A DNA stretch of 57,926 nt from a virus (IMGVR_UViG_3300028586_000735:1-57926); one strand, 5' to 3'; shown: positions 46,652-56,842, numbered from the stretch's first letter. Notes: a model not told the origin generated them from the sequence alone. Numbers and translations are program-made.

Positions 46652-49600
46652 ATGGGCGCAGCACGCAAGATCGATATCCACGGTGAGAAAGGCGGCAGTA
46701 CCAGTCCGAAGTCGCCGACCGAGGCCTCCGATAGCCTGCGCTCGACCAACCTGGCCAAGCTGCTCATCGCTGTAGGAGAGGGCGAGTTTGAAGGCACGCC
46801 GACGGCTGCCGACATCTACCTCGACAACACGCCGATCAACGATGCCAGCGGCAACGTCAATTTCCAGAACGTGAAATGGGAGTGGCGCACCGGCTCGGTT
46901 GATCAGTCGTACATCCCCGGCATCCCGTCGATCGACAACGAGACGACCGTCAACGTCGAGCTGCGCAATGACTCGCCATGGGTTCGCTCGATCACCAACA
47001 CTCAGCTTTCGGCTGTGCGCGTCCGCTTGGCCTGGCCTGCTCTACAGCAGCAGGACGACGAAGGTAATGTCGGCGGCTACCGCATTGAATACGCCATCGA
47101 CGTGGCCACTGACGGCGGCAGCTACAAGGAGGCGCTGCTCGAGGCTGTGGACGGCAAGACCACCACCCGATACGAGCGATCGCGCCGCATCGATCTGCCG
47201 ACGGCAACATCTGGCTGGAAAATCCGCGTCCGCCGCCTGACCGCGAACCAGAACACCAACAAGATTGCCGACACGATGCTGGTGGCCGGGCTCACAGAGG
47301 TCATCGACGCAAAGCTGCGCTATCCGAACACGGCGCTGCTCTACATCGAGTTTGATGCCGAACAGTTCACCAATATCCCGGCCGTGACGGTCAAGTGCAA
47401 GGCGCGTAGATGGCCGGTGCCGAGCAATTACGACCCGTTCACCCGCACCTATTCGGGCGTGTGGGACGGCTCGATGAAAGAGGCCTGGACCAATAACCCT
47501 GCCTGGGTGACATATGGGGTCTGCATCCAAGACCGGTTTGGTCTGGGCAAGCGGATTAAGCCGTGGATGGTCGACAAGTGGGAGCTGTACCGCATTGCGC
47601 AGTACTGCGACCAAGACGTCCCGAATGGAGTCGGCGGCGTAGAGCCTCGCTTCCTGTGCGACATGAACCTGCAGGGCAAGGCTGATACCTGGTCGCTGCT
47701 GCGCGATATCGCCGGTATTTATCGCGGCACGACCTACTGGGCTCAGGGCCAGCTGGTGGCGCAGGCCGATATGCCGCGCGCGCAAGACTTTGATTATGTA
47801 TTCACTCGCACCAACGTCATCGACGGCAAGTTCAAATACGGCAGCGCCTCGGCGAAGACGCGCTACACCCGGGCAATCGTCGGCTACGACAACCCGGACA
47901 ACAACTACGACACAGACGTCATTCCATTTGCAGACCCTCTGCTGCAACGCCGCTTCGGCGACAAGCCCACTGAACTCACTGCCATTGGCTGTACGCGCGC
48001 TTCCGAGGCGCAGCGCCGTGGGAAGTGGGTCGTGATGAGCAACAACCAAGACCGTACTGTCAGCTTCAGCACTGGTATGGAAGGCGCGATTCCGCTGCCT
48101 GGCTACATCATCCCGGTTGCTGACTCGCTTCTGGCCGGCCGGGAGATCGGCGGACGTATTGCTGGTGCTGCTGGAAAAGTAGTAACGCTCGATCGCGACA
48201 CCTTGGCAAAAGCCGGTGACCGTTTGATCGTCAACCTGCCCAGCGGCCAAGCTGAAGGCCGGACCGTGCAGTCGGTGGTAGGCAGGGCAATTACCGTCAC
48301 CGTCGCTTACAGCGAGACGCCTACCGCCCAGCTGCAGTGGGCGCTGGATGCCGATGACTTGGCGATCCCTCTGTACAGGGTGCTAAGCGTAAAGCGCAGC
48401 GTGGAAGGCGAGTACGCAATTACCGCTCTCCAATACGAGCCGAGCAAATTCGGCTACATCGACACCGGGGCGCGGCTGGAAGAGCGCCCTATCAGCGTAA
48501 TTCCGATCACCGTTGTTCCGGCGCCTGCCAGTGTATCGCTGACCTCCACGAGTGCGATCGCGCAAGGATTGGCTGTAACCACCATGACTATCAGTTGGCC
48601 CGCCGTAGTTGGCGCGGTTTCTTATGACGTGGAGTGGCGCAGGGATAACGGCAACTGGATCAAGGTACAGCGTACCGGCTCTACCAGCGTCGACATCACT
48701 GGCATCTATGCCGGTGCCTATCTCGCCCGTGTGCGTGCCGTCAGCGCCTATGACATCTCGTCGAGCTGGCGGAATTCGATCCTGACTCAGCTCAAGGGCA
48801 AGGAGGGATTGCCGCCTGCCGTGACATCGCTGACAGCAGCCTCGCTGATTTTCGGCATCGGCCTGAAGTGGACTTTCCCACCTGGTGCGGAAGATACGCA
48901 GCGAACTGAAATCTGGTACGGGCCGACGACTGATCTGGCCAAGGCCACAAAACTGAGCGACCTTGCATACCCGCAATCAGAGCACGTGATGCAAGGTTTG
49001 CTGGCTGGCGTGACCTTCTTTTTTTGGGCGCGCCTGGTGGATCGGACCGGCAACATCGGCCCGTGGTATCCAGTCGGCAGCGGCGTAATGGGGCAGGCCA
49101 GCAGCGATGCTGGGCCTATCCTGCAACTCATAGCTGATCAGATCAGCGAGACGGAGCTGGCGAAAAACCTGCTGGACCGCATCGACCTGATCGACGGAAA
49201 CGGCCCCGGCTCGGTCAACGAGCGTCTGGACGAGCTCAAGACCGAGATCGGCGAGATCACTGATGCGCTGGTCTACGTGCCGACCGATGCCTACGTGCGG
49301 GACAATACGGTACGCGTGGGGGACAACCTGTGGACGGCAATCGACCCGGTTCCAGCGAAGGCGGACGGGTCTAACGGCCCGCCTAATCCGCTGTACTGGG
49401 TCAACACCGGCCAGACCGTGCGCACAGCGAATGGATTTGCAGCGCAGATCACGAAGAACACGACAGACATCTCGGTAGTCGATGGCAAGACAACTGCAAC
49501 AGCGTCGCAGCTCGGCGCTGTTCAGGCCCAGTACCGTGACGACAATGGTGAGGGAGACCTGCAGGACGCGCTAAAGGGCTGGGATACCACGGCAAGCTAC

Positions 49601-50371
49601 GCACAGGAAGTTCGGGTCAGGGCAGAAGAGGATTTCGCCCAGGTCCAGCGCATCACCTCGCTTGATTCCCGCGTCGGGACGAATGAATCGAAGATCACTG
49701 TTGTTGAAACGACCATTGCCACGGACAAGCAGGCGACGTCCCAGCAGCTGTCGACGCTCACTGCGACAGTGAATAACAATCAGAGCGCGAATCAGGCTGC
49801 TATCCAGTCCGAGGCCACAGCCAGGGCGAGCGCTGATGGCGCACTGTCGACAAGAGTAGACACCGCGCAGGCAAAGGCAAACGACGCATCGTCTGCAGTA
49901 CAAACGGTCAGTACAGCCCAGGCTTCCACCAACGGCAAGCTCAACGCCATGTGGTCCGTGAAGATGCAGGTTGCAGCGAATGGGCAGTACATCGCTGCAG
50001 GCATTGGTCTCGGGATCGAAAACACCGGAGCAGGCCTGCAAAGCCAGTTCCTGGTCAGCGCTGATCGGTTTGCCGTGGTGAACTCAATGGCTGGCGGGTC
50101 TATCTCGGTTCCGTTCGCCGTGCAGAACGGGCAAGTGTTCATTAACTCGGCATTCATTCAAGACGGCACGATCACCAACGCGAAAGTCGGCGACCTCAGA
50201 TCCAGCAACTACGTCCCAGGGCAGCAGGGCTGGGTTCTGAACAAAGACGGCACGTTCGAAATCAACTCTCAATTGGGTGGCGGGGCACGCCAGGTCATCA
50301 ATGGCGCAGGGGGCAAGGTCTTCGACCAGAACGGCGTGAAACGCTACCAGTGGGGGAATCTTGACGCATGA
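46652..50371 (+). CDS. Tail tip / host-specificity protein J
   Basis: EGE..G, YPNTAL, WTNNPAW, FN3-like segments, C-terminal FLV.ADRFAV..FI.DGTITNAK. Confidence 0.95.
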   Translation: MGAARKIDIHGEKGGSTSPKSPTEASDSLRSTNLAKLLIAVGEGEFEGTPTAADIYLDNTPINDASGNVNFQNVKWEWRTGSVDQSYIPGIPSIDNETTVNVELRNDSPWVRSITNTQLSAVRVRLAWPALQQQDDEGNVGGYRIEYAIDVATDGGSYKEALLEAVDGKTTTRYERSRRIDLPTATSGWKIRVRRLTANQNTNKIADTMLVAGLTEVIDAKLRYPNTALLYIEFDAEQFTNIPAVTVKCKARRWPVPSNYDPFTRTYSGVWDGSMKEAWTNNPAWVTYGVCIQDRFGLGKRIKPWMVDKWELYRIAQYCDQDVPNGVGGVEPRFLCDMNLQGKADTWSLLRDIAGIYRGTTYWAQGQLVAQADMPRAQDFDYVFTRTNVIDGKFKYGSASAKTRYTRAIVGYDNPDNNYDTDVIPFADPLLQRRFGDKPTELTAIGCTRASEAQRRGKWVVMSNNQDRTVSFSTGMEGAIPLPGYIIPVADSLLAGREIGGRIAGAAGKVVTLDRDTLAKAGDRLIVNLPSGQAEGRTVQSVVGRAITVTVAYSETPTAQLQWALDADDLAIPLYRVLSVKRSVEGEYAITALQYEPSKFGYIDTGARLEERPISVIPITVVPAPASVSLTSTSAIAQGLAVTTMTISWPAVVGAVSYDVEWRRDNGNWIKVQRTGSTSVDITGIYAGAYLARVRAVSAYDISSSWRNSILTQLKGKEGLPPAVTSLTAASLIFGIGLKWTFPPGAEDTQRTEIWYGPTTDLAKATKLSDLAYPQSEHVMQGLLAGVTFFFWARLVDRTGNIGPWYPVGSGVMGQASSDAGPILQLIADQISETELAKNLLDRIDLIDGNGPGSVNERLDELKTEIGEITDALVYVPTDAYVRDNTVRVGDNLWTAIDPVPAKADGSNGPPNPLYWVNTGQTVRTANGFAAQITKNTTDISVVDGKTTATASQLGAVQAQYRDDNGEGDLQDALKGWDTTASYAQEVRVRAEEDFAQVQRITSLDSRVGTNESKITVVETTIATDKQATSQQLSTLTATVNNNQSANQAAIQSEATARASADGALSTRVDTAQAKANDASSAVQTVSTAQASTNGKLNAMWSVKMQVAANGQYIAAGIGLGIENTGAGLQSQFLVSADRFAVVNSMAGGSISVPFAVQNGQVFINSAFIQDGTITNAKVGDLRSSNYVPGQQGWVLNKDGTFEINSQLGGGARQVINGAGGKVFDQNGVKRYQWGNLDA

Positions 50372-50688
50372 GCTACGGAATCAGGGTATGGGGCGCCGAT
50401 GGAGCGCTGAAGCTCGACGAGAACTCATTCACTATACGAGTTGCACTTTCGACACTTGTTAGCTTTTCTGGCAACACCAAAACAAGTCAGGACTTCTCTG
50501 TTCCAGGTGTTGGACCAAGTAATGGCGTGGCTATCGTAATTCCAAACGGCACCTATGACCAAAATCAAAAGCAGTTCGAAACTGAGCTGCTTGATGGTGT
50601 TGCAAGAATTTACAACCATACAAGAACATTTGCCGCCAGCACTGTGGCATCGGGAACGATGAGGTTGATAGTCATGAGGTTTAGCTAA
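50368..50688 (+). CDS. Tail tip accessory protein
   Basis: MSYGIRVW..DG; ATGA-coupled to J. Confidence 0.7.
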   Translation: MSYGIRVWGADGALKLDENSFTIRVALSTLVSFSGNTKTSQDFSVPGVGPSNGVAIVIPNGTYDQNQKQFETELLDGVARIYNHTRTFAASTVASGTMRLIVMRFS

Positions 50689-51368
50689 TGGCCTACGGTG
50701 TTCAGTTCACCAACAATAACAACGTTGTCACGCTTGATTCTGAGTTTGCGAGACTTTCGGTTATTGCATCCGGAAGGTTTCAGCCGACCGAAGAGAGCGG
50801 CCTTGGTTCGACAACGTACTTTCCTGTCGCCGTTACATCGCAGGAACCGCCGCTAGTGTTCGTGAGGCCGGACTCAGTCAATGCTGTGGCGGGCCTGTGT
50901 CGAATGCGACTGATAGGATCTGCTGGAAACTGGACGGGTTTCTATGTCCGAGCCTACAACGTGAACACAGCCCAGCCCAACGGCAGGTATTTTGTAGCGG
51001 CGTTCGGTGCTCAGCCTGTATCAGGCTTTGGCATGAGGATATGGGACGGGGCAAGCAAATTGCTGTTCGACACAGGAACAGTCAGCGCGAACTTCACCAG
51101 ATCGTTCCAAAACTGGAGTTTCGTAAAGTCTGATTTGGAGTCCCAAGGACTCACGCGAATTTACTACACGGTAAATTTCAACTTCCCTGAAAATGAATAT
51201 CTTTTGATAAATTCATTCGGCATGCCGCTTAACGCAGGTAGCGCAATTGCAAGAGAGATTGCATGCTGGTGGGATTTCCCCGGTTCAACTCTATATTCAA
51301 TTACCGTTGCGGCATCCAATCCGATTGCATTCTTTTTGCCCGCAGTTTTCGCAAAGATGAATGTCTGA
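50688..51368 (+). CDS. Tail tip accessory protein
   Basis: YG..F.N, GMRIWD....LLFD; TAATG-coupled. Confidence 0.7.
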   Translation: MAYGVQFTNNNNVVTLDSEFARLSVIASGRFQPTEESGLGSTTYFPVAVTSQEPPLVFVRPDSVNAVAGLCRMRLIGSAGNWTGFYVRAYNVNTAQPNGRYFVAAFGAQPVSGFGMRIWDGASKLLFDTGTVSANFTRSFQNWSFVKSDLESQGLTRIYYTVNFNFPENEYLLINSFGMPLNAGSAIAREIACWWDFPGSTLYSITVAASNPIAFFLPAVFAKMNV

Positions 51369-51393
51369 TTAAAAACATTACTGAGTATAAAAC

Positions 51394-52164
51394 ATGCCCT
51401 GGTACAGACCCGGTACGGTTTCCGTCACCCAAAATTCAAATGCCGTTATTGGCACGGGTACGGCGTTCATCGCCAACAGCCGAGTAGGTGACGCTTTCAT
51501 AGGCCCCGATGGGCGAGTTTATGAAGTAACGAACGCCGCAAGTAACACTGCCATATCCATCTCGCCAAACTATGTAGGAGCCACCACCGGGGCTGGCACA
51601 TATGCCATCGCACCAATGCAGGGTTACGTAAAGGATTCTGCGGACGCACTTCGAGCATTCGTAAACCAGTTCGGCGCAAAATTGGCGGCGCTGGGAACCA
51701 CCGGAAACTATGACGTATTGCCGCTGAGTAAAGGTGGTACAGGCGGAACCGATCAGCCTACGGCAAGAGCGGGATTGGGGCTTGGTACGACATCAACGTC
51801 CAATCTCGGTGTAGCGGCGGGGAATGTTATGCCGATTCAGTCGGGCGCATGGTACGGACCCGCAGCATCGAGCCTTCCCGTTGTCACTGATCTTTACAAC
51901 ATGAATGGCAGGTCTCTCGAGGCTGCGCAGTACCAGCTCGTCAACGGCTCACCTGCAGCGGGCGCGGCTTCTTCCTACGGCGTTGCGCTGGGAATCAAGG
52001 GCAGCGCAAACGAATGGCGCAACGTGGTGCAGTTCACTACTGACGGCGACGTTTACCTGCTGTCCATCGCAAACCCATCACAGGGTGCCCAGTGGCGCAC
52101 CAGCAAATTCTATACAACTCAAAACACATCCAAGCAATCAGACGGCACACTTAAGGCGATATAA
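51394..52164 (+). CDS. Tail fibre protein
   Basis: MPWYR.GTVSVT.NS..V.GTGT.F, LP.SKGGTG......AR..LGL. Confidence 0.8.
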   Translation: MPWYRPGTVSVTQNSNAVIGTGTAFIANSRVGDAFIGPDGRVYEVTNAASNTAISISPNYVGATTGAGTYAIAPMQGYVKDSADALRAFVNQFGAKLAALGTTGNYDVLPLSKGGTGGTDQPTARAGLGLGTTSTSNLGVAAGNVMPIQSGAWYGPAASSLPVVTDLYNMNGRSLEAAQYQLVNGSPAAGAASSYGVALGIKGSANEWRNVVQFTTDGDVYLLSIANPSQGAQWRTSKFYTTQNTSKQSDGTLKAI

Positions 52165-52166
52165 AA

Positions 52167-52589
52167 ATGGCAAGAGCTGCGATCAACATCCTCGGCGCAA
52201 CCGGCGAAACGTATGACTTCGTTACGCAGGGTGATACTCCGGTAGAATCCGCGAGACTTTCCACAGGCGTCTATACCGTAAAAGGCTCGCTCGGAATGGT
52301 GCCATTTCCGCCAGTTGACGTTGGATGGGGATATACAATAAACAACGTCGACAGAAAAGCTGACGTTGAGATTGAGTTCTCGGACGGCATCATCACAGTA
52401 ACTGTCACCAAGAATGAAAAGCCCTACGATCTCATTCACATGATAACTCTGCACATCCTGGTGCCAGATCCCGCACCGATCTTCATGCCGGAATTTCCAC
52501 CAGCACCAGCACCTTCTGCTGTCGAGGAAGACGCGTCCATGTCTGTCGTAGCGCTGGACAAGGGCGCTGATCAACTGCCCGCCGAGTAA
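52167..52589 (+). CDS. Tail fibre-associated protein
   Basis: R..TGVY.V.G.LG...GWG, PYDL...ITLH. Confidence 0.7.
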   Translation: MARAAINILGATGETYDFVTQGDTPVESARLSTGVYTVKGSLGMVPFPPVDVGWGYTINNVDRKADVEIEFSDGIITVTVTKNEKPYDLIHMITLHILVPDPAPIFMPEFPPAPAPSAVEEDASMSVVALDKGADQLPAE

Positions 52590-52651
52590 CATCGCCCCGA
52601 ACTTCCGATGCCCGCCACTGAGCGGGCTTTTTTTCGTCTGGAGAAAACCCA

Positions 52652-53197
52652 ATGCCCATCACAGCGCAGCAGTTGCTGAAGATCCTCCCGAACGCCGGCC
52701 CGAAAGTCGGCGTTTTTGTTCCAGCCCTGAACACCGCCATGGGCAAATACCAGATCATCACCCGGGAGCGCATCGCTGCGTTCATCGCTCAGATCGGCCA
52801 TGAGTCGGGCCAGCTGCGTTACGTGCGCGAGCTGGGCGGCAGCGAGTACCTGTCGAAGTACGACACCGGCAAGCTTGCCGAGCGCCTTGGCAACACGCCA
52901 GAGGCCGACGGCGACGGTCAGTTCTACCGTGGGCGCGGGCTGATTCAGGTCACTGGCCGGGCCAACTATGCCGAATGCGGCGAGGCTCTGGGCCTGGACC
53001 TGATCCATCACCCGGAACTGCTCGAGCAACCGGAGCATGCCGCGATGTCGGCGGCGTGGTACTGGGGCAGCCGTGGCCTGAACTCGCTGGCCGACAAGGG
53101 CGACTTTCTCGCTATCACGAAGCGAATCAACGGCGGCACCAACGGCTTGGCCGATCGGCAGGCGCTTTACGACCGGGCGCTGAAGGTGCTGGCGTGA
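52652..53197 (+). CDS. Endolysin, glycoside hydrolase family 19
   Basis: AAFIAQIGHES, YRGRGLIQVTGRANY, INGG.NGL.DR. Confidence 0.95.
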   Translation: MPITAQQLLKILPNAGPKVGVFVPALNTAMGKYQIITRERIAAFIAQIGHESGQLRYVRELGGSEYLSKYDTGKLAERLGNTPEADGDGQFYRGRGLIQVTGRANYAECGEALGLDLIHHPELLEQPEHAAMSAAWYWGSRGLNSLADKGDFLAITKRINGGTNGLADRQALYDRALKVLA

Positions 53198-53280
53198 CCG
53201 GCCTTTACGCCCGGGTCGGTGGCGCGCTGCTGATCCTGCTGGCCGTGGCCGGTGCGTTAGCGCCGAACTACTGGAATTGA
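53194..53280 (+). pseudogene. Truncated Rz-like spanin (TM anchor only)
   Basis: GTGA-coupled to the lysin; LLILLAVAGAL matches LLILLALAGAL of 54321-54866, then stops. Confidence 0.7.
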
Positions 53281-53306
53281 GAGCGCGCGACCTATGAGGC
53301 CTGGCC

Positions 53307-53990
53307 TCATATTTCTTTGCTGAGATCATTAAAGATGCTTTTTACCCCATCAATTGATCGTTTTACGAAGTCTAAAACTTCTTCGTTGTTTTCACTGAAA
53401 CGAAAACCTACATAGATGGTGACCTGTGCTGTTACCAAGCTATTAGGTATGGGCATCTGTGTTGTGGAATCAATCGGGACGCCGAGTATTGAAACTCCTG
53501 ATGAAAAAGTTACTCCGCTTGACCAAGAGACAGCGCCGTGTGGACTTTTCACTTCAGTTCTCTTTATTTCAGTACGTGTTTGCTCAACGAGTTCTTGATG
53601 TTTGTTATGGTTATTCAGCTCGTTGAATAGTCCTAGCCATGGTTTATGATAAGGCTGCACTTGCTCAAGAATTTCCCAGATCCTCGGCGCGCGCGCCTTT
53701 AAGAACGGAAATTCTTTTTCCATCGTGGCGCTAAAGTCTGCTATTCCGCCCCCCCTTACGGGGAAATACAGATTAGGCTTTTGTTTTGCAGGAGCACATA
53801 AGCTCAGAAATAAGTCGCGGGCAATATAGTCAAGGCAAGATTTTAGATTCTCAAAAACATTTTTTATCGATATCTTTAGGTCCTCTCTAACTGTTTTTTC
53901 ATGTAAGGATTCTCGATATTCCTCAGAAAGTATATCGAAATCTTTTTCGGCTCTCGTCAGAAGAGCGGTAATACTGCTGGATTTCTTCAT
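53307..53990 (-). CDS. AT-rich hypothetical protein, HEPN-like
   Basis: L.SCLDY.A, YFP, QPY, LNNHNKH pattern; counter-oriented. Confidence 0.65.
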   Translation of the reverse strand: MKKSSSITALLTRAEKDFDILSEEYRESLHEKTVREDLKISIKNVFENLKSCLDYIARDLFLSLCAPAKQKPNLYFPVRGGGIADFSATMEKEFPFLKARAPRIWEILEQVQPYHKPWLGLFNELNNHNKHQELVEQTRTEIKRTEVKSPHGAVSWSSGVTFSSGVSILGVPIDSTTQMPIPNSLVTAQVTIYVGFRFSENNEEVLDFVKRSIDGVKSIFNDLSKEI

Positions 53991-54129
53991 TAGGTACCTT
54001 GCGTGGGTATTCCTGGAGGCTCACTTGCTCAAGCATACCTCGAGTTCTGAAATCTGCAGAAAAAGGCTAAAAACATCGAATCAACACGCCCGCCATAGAA
54101 CGGGTATTTTTTGTCCTGGAGAAGCCCAA

Positions 54130-54324
54130 ATGCCGTATACAACGCAGCAACTGCTGCAGATCCCCCCCAACGCCGGCCAGAGAACCGGCGTTTATGCACC
54201 CGTCCTCAATGCAGCGATGAGCAAGTACCAGATCGTGACCATCACCCGCCGCATCAACGGCGGTACGAACTGCTTGGCCGATCGTCAGGCGCTCTCCGCC
54301 CGAGCGCTTGAGGTTCTGGCGTGA
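54130..54324 (+). pseudogene. Internally deleted second endolysin copy
   Basis: The first ~37 aa and last ~27 aa match the GH19 lysin, joined in frame; the catalytic core is missing. Confidence 0.85.
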
Positions 54325-54866
54325 AGGCCCTGCCGTGGAAGGCAGTCGGCTTGTTGCTGATCCTGCTGGCATTGGCCGGTGCGCTGTATGGCGCCTACCG
54401 GCACGGCGTGACTGTCACCGATCTGGCGTGGCAGGCGAAGTGGTCAAAGCAGATCGGCGACCAATCGCAGGCCTTGGCCACCACCACGACCGAATACCGA
54501 ACCGAAGAGCAGCGCCGCCAGAAGGCGGCCAACCAGGTGGCAAATGATGCGAGACAAGAACAGACCGCTGCGCTGGCTGATGCCGCTGGCGCTGACGCTG
54601 CTGGCGACCGGCTGCGCAGTGAAGCAGGAAAGCTGGCTGCCTCCGCTAGTTGCGTGCCCAGCGATCCCGGAATTGCCGATCGAGGCAAGAATGCCACCCG
54701 CGCCGCCATGGTGCTCTCCGACCTGCTCAGCCGGGCTGACGCGCGAGCGGGAGAGCTGGCGCGCTACGCTGATCAGCTCAGAGTAGCTGGCCAAGCCTGC
54801 GAAGCGGCGAGCAACTCCTTAAAAATCAACATTCCAGGAGCATACCGACGGGAGGTCGGGCATTGA
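54321..54866 (+). CDS. Rz-like i-spanin (DUF2514)
   Basis: N-terminal TM, R.EEQRRQ, DLL.RAD.RAGELA..AD.....G.ACE. Confidence 0.85.
   Translation: MKALPWKAVGLLLILLALAGALYGAYRHGVTVTDLAWQAKWSKQIGDQSQALATTTTEYRTEEQRRQKAANQVANDARQEQTAALADAAGADAAGDRLRSEAGKLAASASCVPSDPGIADRGKNATRAAMVLSDLLSRADARAGELARYADQLRVAGQACEAASNSLKINIPGAYRREVGH
54544..54786 (+). CDS. Rz1-like o-spanin lipoprotein embedded in Rz
   Basis: +1 frame inside Rz; lipobox LATGC; Pro-rich mature part; exact start uncertain. Confidence 0.65.
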   Translation: MMRDKNRPLRWLMPLALTLLATGCAVKQESWLPPLVACPAIPELPIEARMPPAPPWCSPTCSAGLTRERESWRATLISSE

Positions 54867-54978
54867 TCGCCAAAAACTTGATGCCAGATAACCGTGGGCC
54901 TTGAATGGAAAGACTGATTGTCATCAGTGGGGCAGCCGCAAGGTGGGGCTGTTCCTGAATAACGACTCGGGAGCGATC

Positions 54979-55317
54979 ATGGGCATGACTGCAGATGGAG
55001 TGTATTGCAACACGCTCGTCGCCGTGTTTCATGCGGCATTCCGGCTTGGCTTTGATCCGTACGCTTTGGCGGTACAGGCCAAGCTTGATGTGGCGAGCTA
55101 TCTTGAAATGCCACCGATGCTTTTGTTTGAAAGCGCAGAACGGGTGATTGATGAATCACTGCTAGTCGCAAAGCTGATCAACGAACGGTGGCCGAACAGC
55201 GGTTCCAACCACCAAGATGATGAGCAGCAACATGGCAGAGGCTTACACACTGGCGATGATAGGAGTAATCGCGACAACGACGCTGATTGGATTGGCGGTC
55301 GCCCTGTTTCGGGGTGA
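54979..55317 (+). CDS. Hypothetical protein
   Basis: GGAG RBS before ATG 54979. Confidence 0.4.
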   Translation: MGMTADGVYCNTLVAVFHAAFRLGFDPYALAVQAKLDVASYLEMPPMLLFESAERVIDESLLVAKLINERWPNSGSNHQDDEQQHGRGLHTGDDRSNRDNDADWIGGRPVSG

Positions 55318-55375
55318 TGACTGAGCTGTACGCGGGTGTCCGCATTCTCCCGCGTTGCTCTGGCTACGTTCCCAC

Positions 55376-56071
55376 TCAGGGCCTGGCAACTGGCTCAATT
55401 AGCTCCGCACCTTGGTTGCGCACATTTCCCACCTCTTTGCCCACCGGAAACCATTCGAAGTCTTCAACCGGCCGGCAGCATTTCTTCGCGATTTCTTCTG
55501 CTCTGATCGCATCCGTGGACGGATCCATCCACTCTCTGGCCAGCTCCGGCGACAACACCAATGGCCGGCGGTCGTGAATGTCCACCATGCCCTGGTCGCT
55601 CGCTGCGGTGATGATCACGAAGCCGTCGTCGTCGTGCTGCTCAAGACCAGGTGTGACGTGGGCGAGGGCGCCGTAAAACATCGGCGCCTGGCTTTTCAGT
55701 CGGATGAAGTAGGGCTGTTTCTTTTTCGGATCGTGTTCGTCCTTGACCCACTCGAACCACCCATCACTGGGAACAAGCACTCTGCCGTTCGGCCAGAGTT
55801 GTTTGAAAAACTTCCCCGTAGCAACCGTCTCGACCCTGGCATTGATCGGGTCGGGCCGCTTCCCCTTCGCCCAGAACGGCGCCCATCCCCATTTGACCGG
55901 GTCCACATAGACCGCGTCGTCTGCCACACGCAGGATGTTGACCTTTGTCGTCGGCGCCACGTTGTACCGGCCGATGGGTTGGCCATCGTAGCCGCTCAGT
56001 ATCCGAAAGCGCGGGGCTAGCTCGCTGAAGTACTCCGGCATTCCTGCCTTCTGAACAATCCTTCCACACAT
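55376..56071 (-). CDS. SOS response-associated peptidase (SRAP/YedK/HMCES)
   Basis: MCGR N-terminus, YNVAPT, INAR.ET, FEW, IHDRRP. Confidence 0.92.
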   Translation of the reverse strand: MCGRIVQKAGMPEYFSELAPRFRILSGYDGQPIGRYNVAPTTKVNILRVADDAVYVDPVKWGWAPFWAKGKRPDPINARVETVATGKFFKQLWPNGRVLVPSDGWFEWVKDEHDPKKKQPYFIRLKSQAPMFYGALAHVTPGLEQHDDDGFVIITAASDQGMVDIHDRRPLVLSPELAREWMDPSTDAIRAEEIAKKCCRPVEDFEWFPVGKEVGNVRNQGAELIEPVARP

Positions 56072-56082
56072 GACTTGACCTG

Positions 56083-56823
56083 CTATGCGGCGTTTGTCTT
56101 CTGTTGACAGCCCCATCTGCGCGGAAGTTTGCTCGGGCATTGCGGGTCCTCAACAAACCCGCGCCCAGAACAGTCGGTGCAGTCATCGCGCAGCTCGAAG
56201 CGATCACAGCACCGTGAGCACTGGCGGTAGACGGAGAAGTTTTCGCGCTCCCACAACTTGATGTACTGGGCCAGGTCTCCGGACTCAAGCGCAAGCGTTG
56301 CCGCTTCGATGATGGTCCGGTACTGATCAGGATCGTCTATTCGCGTGCGGATCACACCTGAAAACTGCCGGTTCAGCTCGACCAGCACCACCCTCTGACC
56401 GGTCTCGGTTTTGATATACCGGTCGTCCAGGCGTCCGTAAAGCTGATGCGTGTGAGTCAGCAGCGTGTTGTCGTCCCGCAGGATGGCCAAATAGGCTTTG
56501 TGGTCCGGTTCGACCTCGGGACCGTGCAGGATATATCTACTGCCCAGCAGCGTTCCGACCCGAATACGTGCCTCGTTGAAGATCGCGTAGTTCGAAGCAG
56601 GGCTGCGCCACTCTTCAGGGTTCGCCTCGACGTGGTAACAAAATGCCGCGCTTGCCAGTTCCATCATTTCGAAACGCTCCATCGTGTCGATTGCTGCCAA
56701 GGCTTGAAGCCGATCAGCGATCGACATGAGGTATCGGTAGCAGGAGGCTGGCGACTGCCACGTGCTCTCTGAATCTAACAACTTGTGCCAGTCCTCCAAG
56801 AGCTGGCTCACTTTCTGGTCCAT
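56083..56823 (-). CDS. Hypothetical protein with C-terminal Cys cluster
   Basis: 246 aa; C..C...C..C.GRG; upstream of SRAP. Confidence 0.7.
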   Translation of the reverse strand: MDQKVSQLLEDWHKLLDSESTWQSPASCYRYLMSIADRLQALAAIDTMERFEMMELASAAFCYHVEANPEEWRSPASNYAIFNEARIRVGTLLGSRYILHGPEVEPDHKAYLAILRDDNTLLTHTHQLYGRLDDRYIKTETGQRVVLVELNRQFSGVIRTRIDDPDQYRTIIEAATLALESGDLAQYIKLWERENFSVYRQCSRCCDRFELRDDCTDCSGRGFVEDPQCPSKLPRRWGCQQKTNAA

Positions 56824-56842
56824 GGTAGGTACTTCTTGAGTG

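Noticed and set aside
47042-48250. 402-aa minus-strand ORF
   Set aside because: Shadow of tail tip protein J.
33571-54112. Recurring CCGCC..GGCGG-T-tract motifs as a repeat family
   Set aside because: Explained as ordinary intrinsic terminators/RBS linkers in the late operon.
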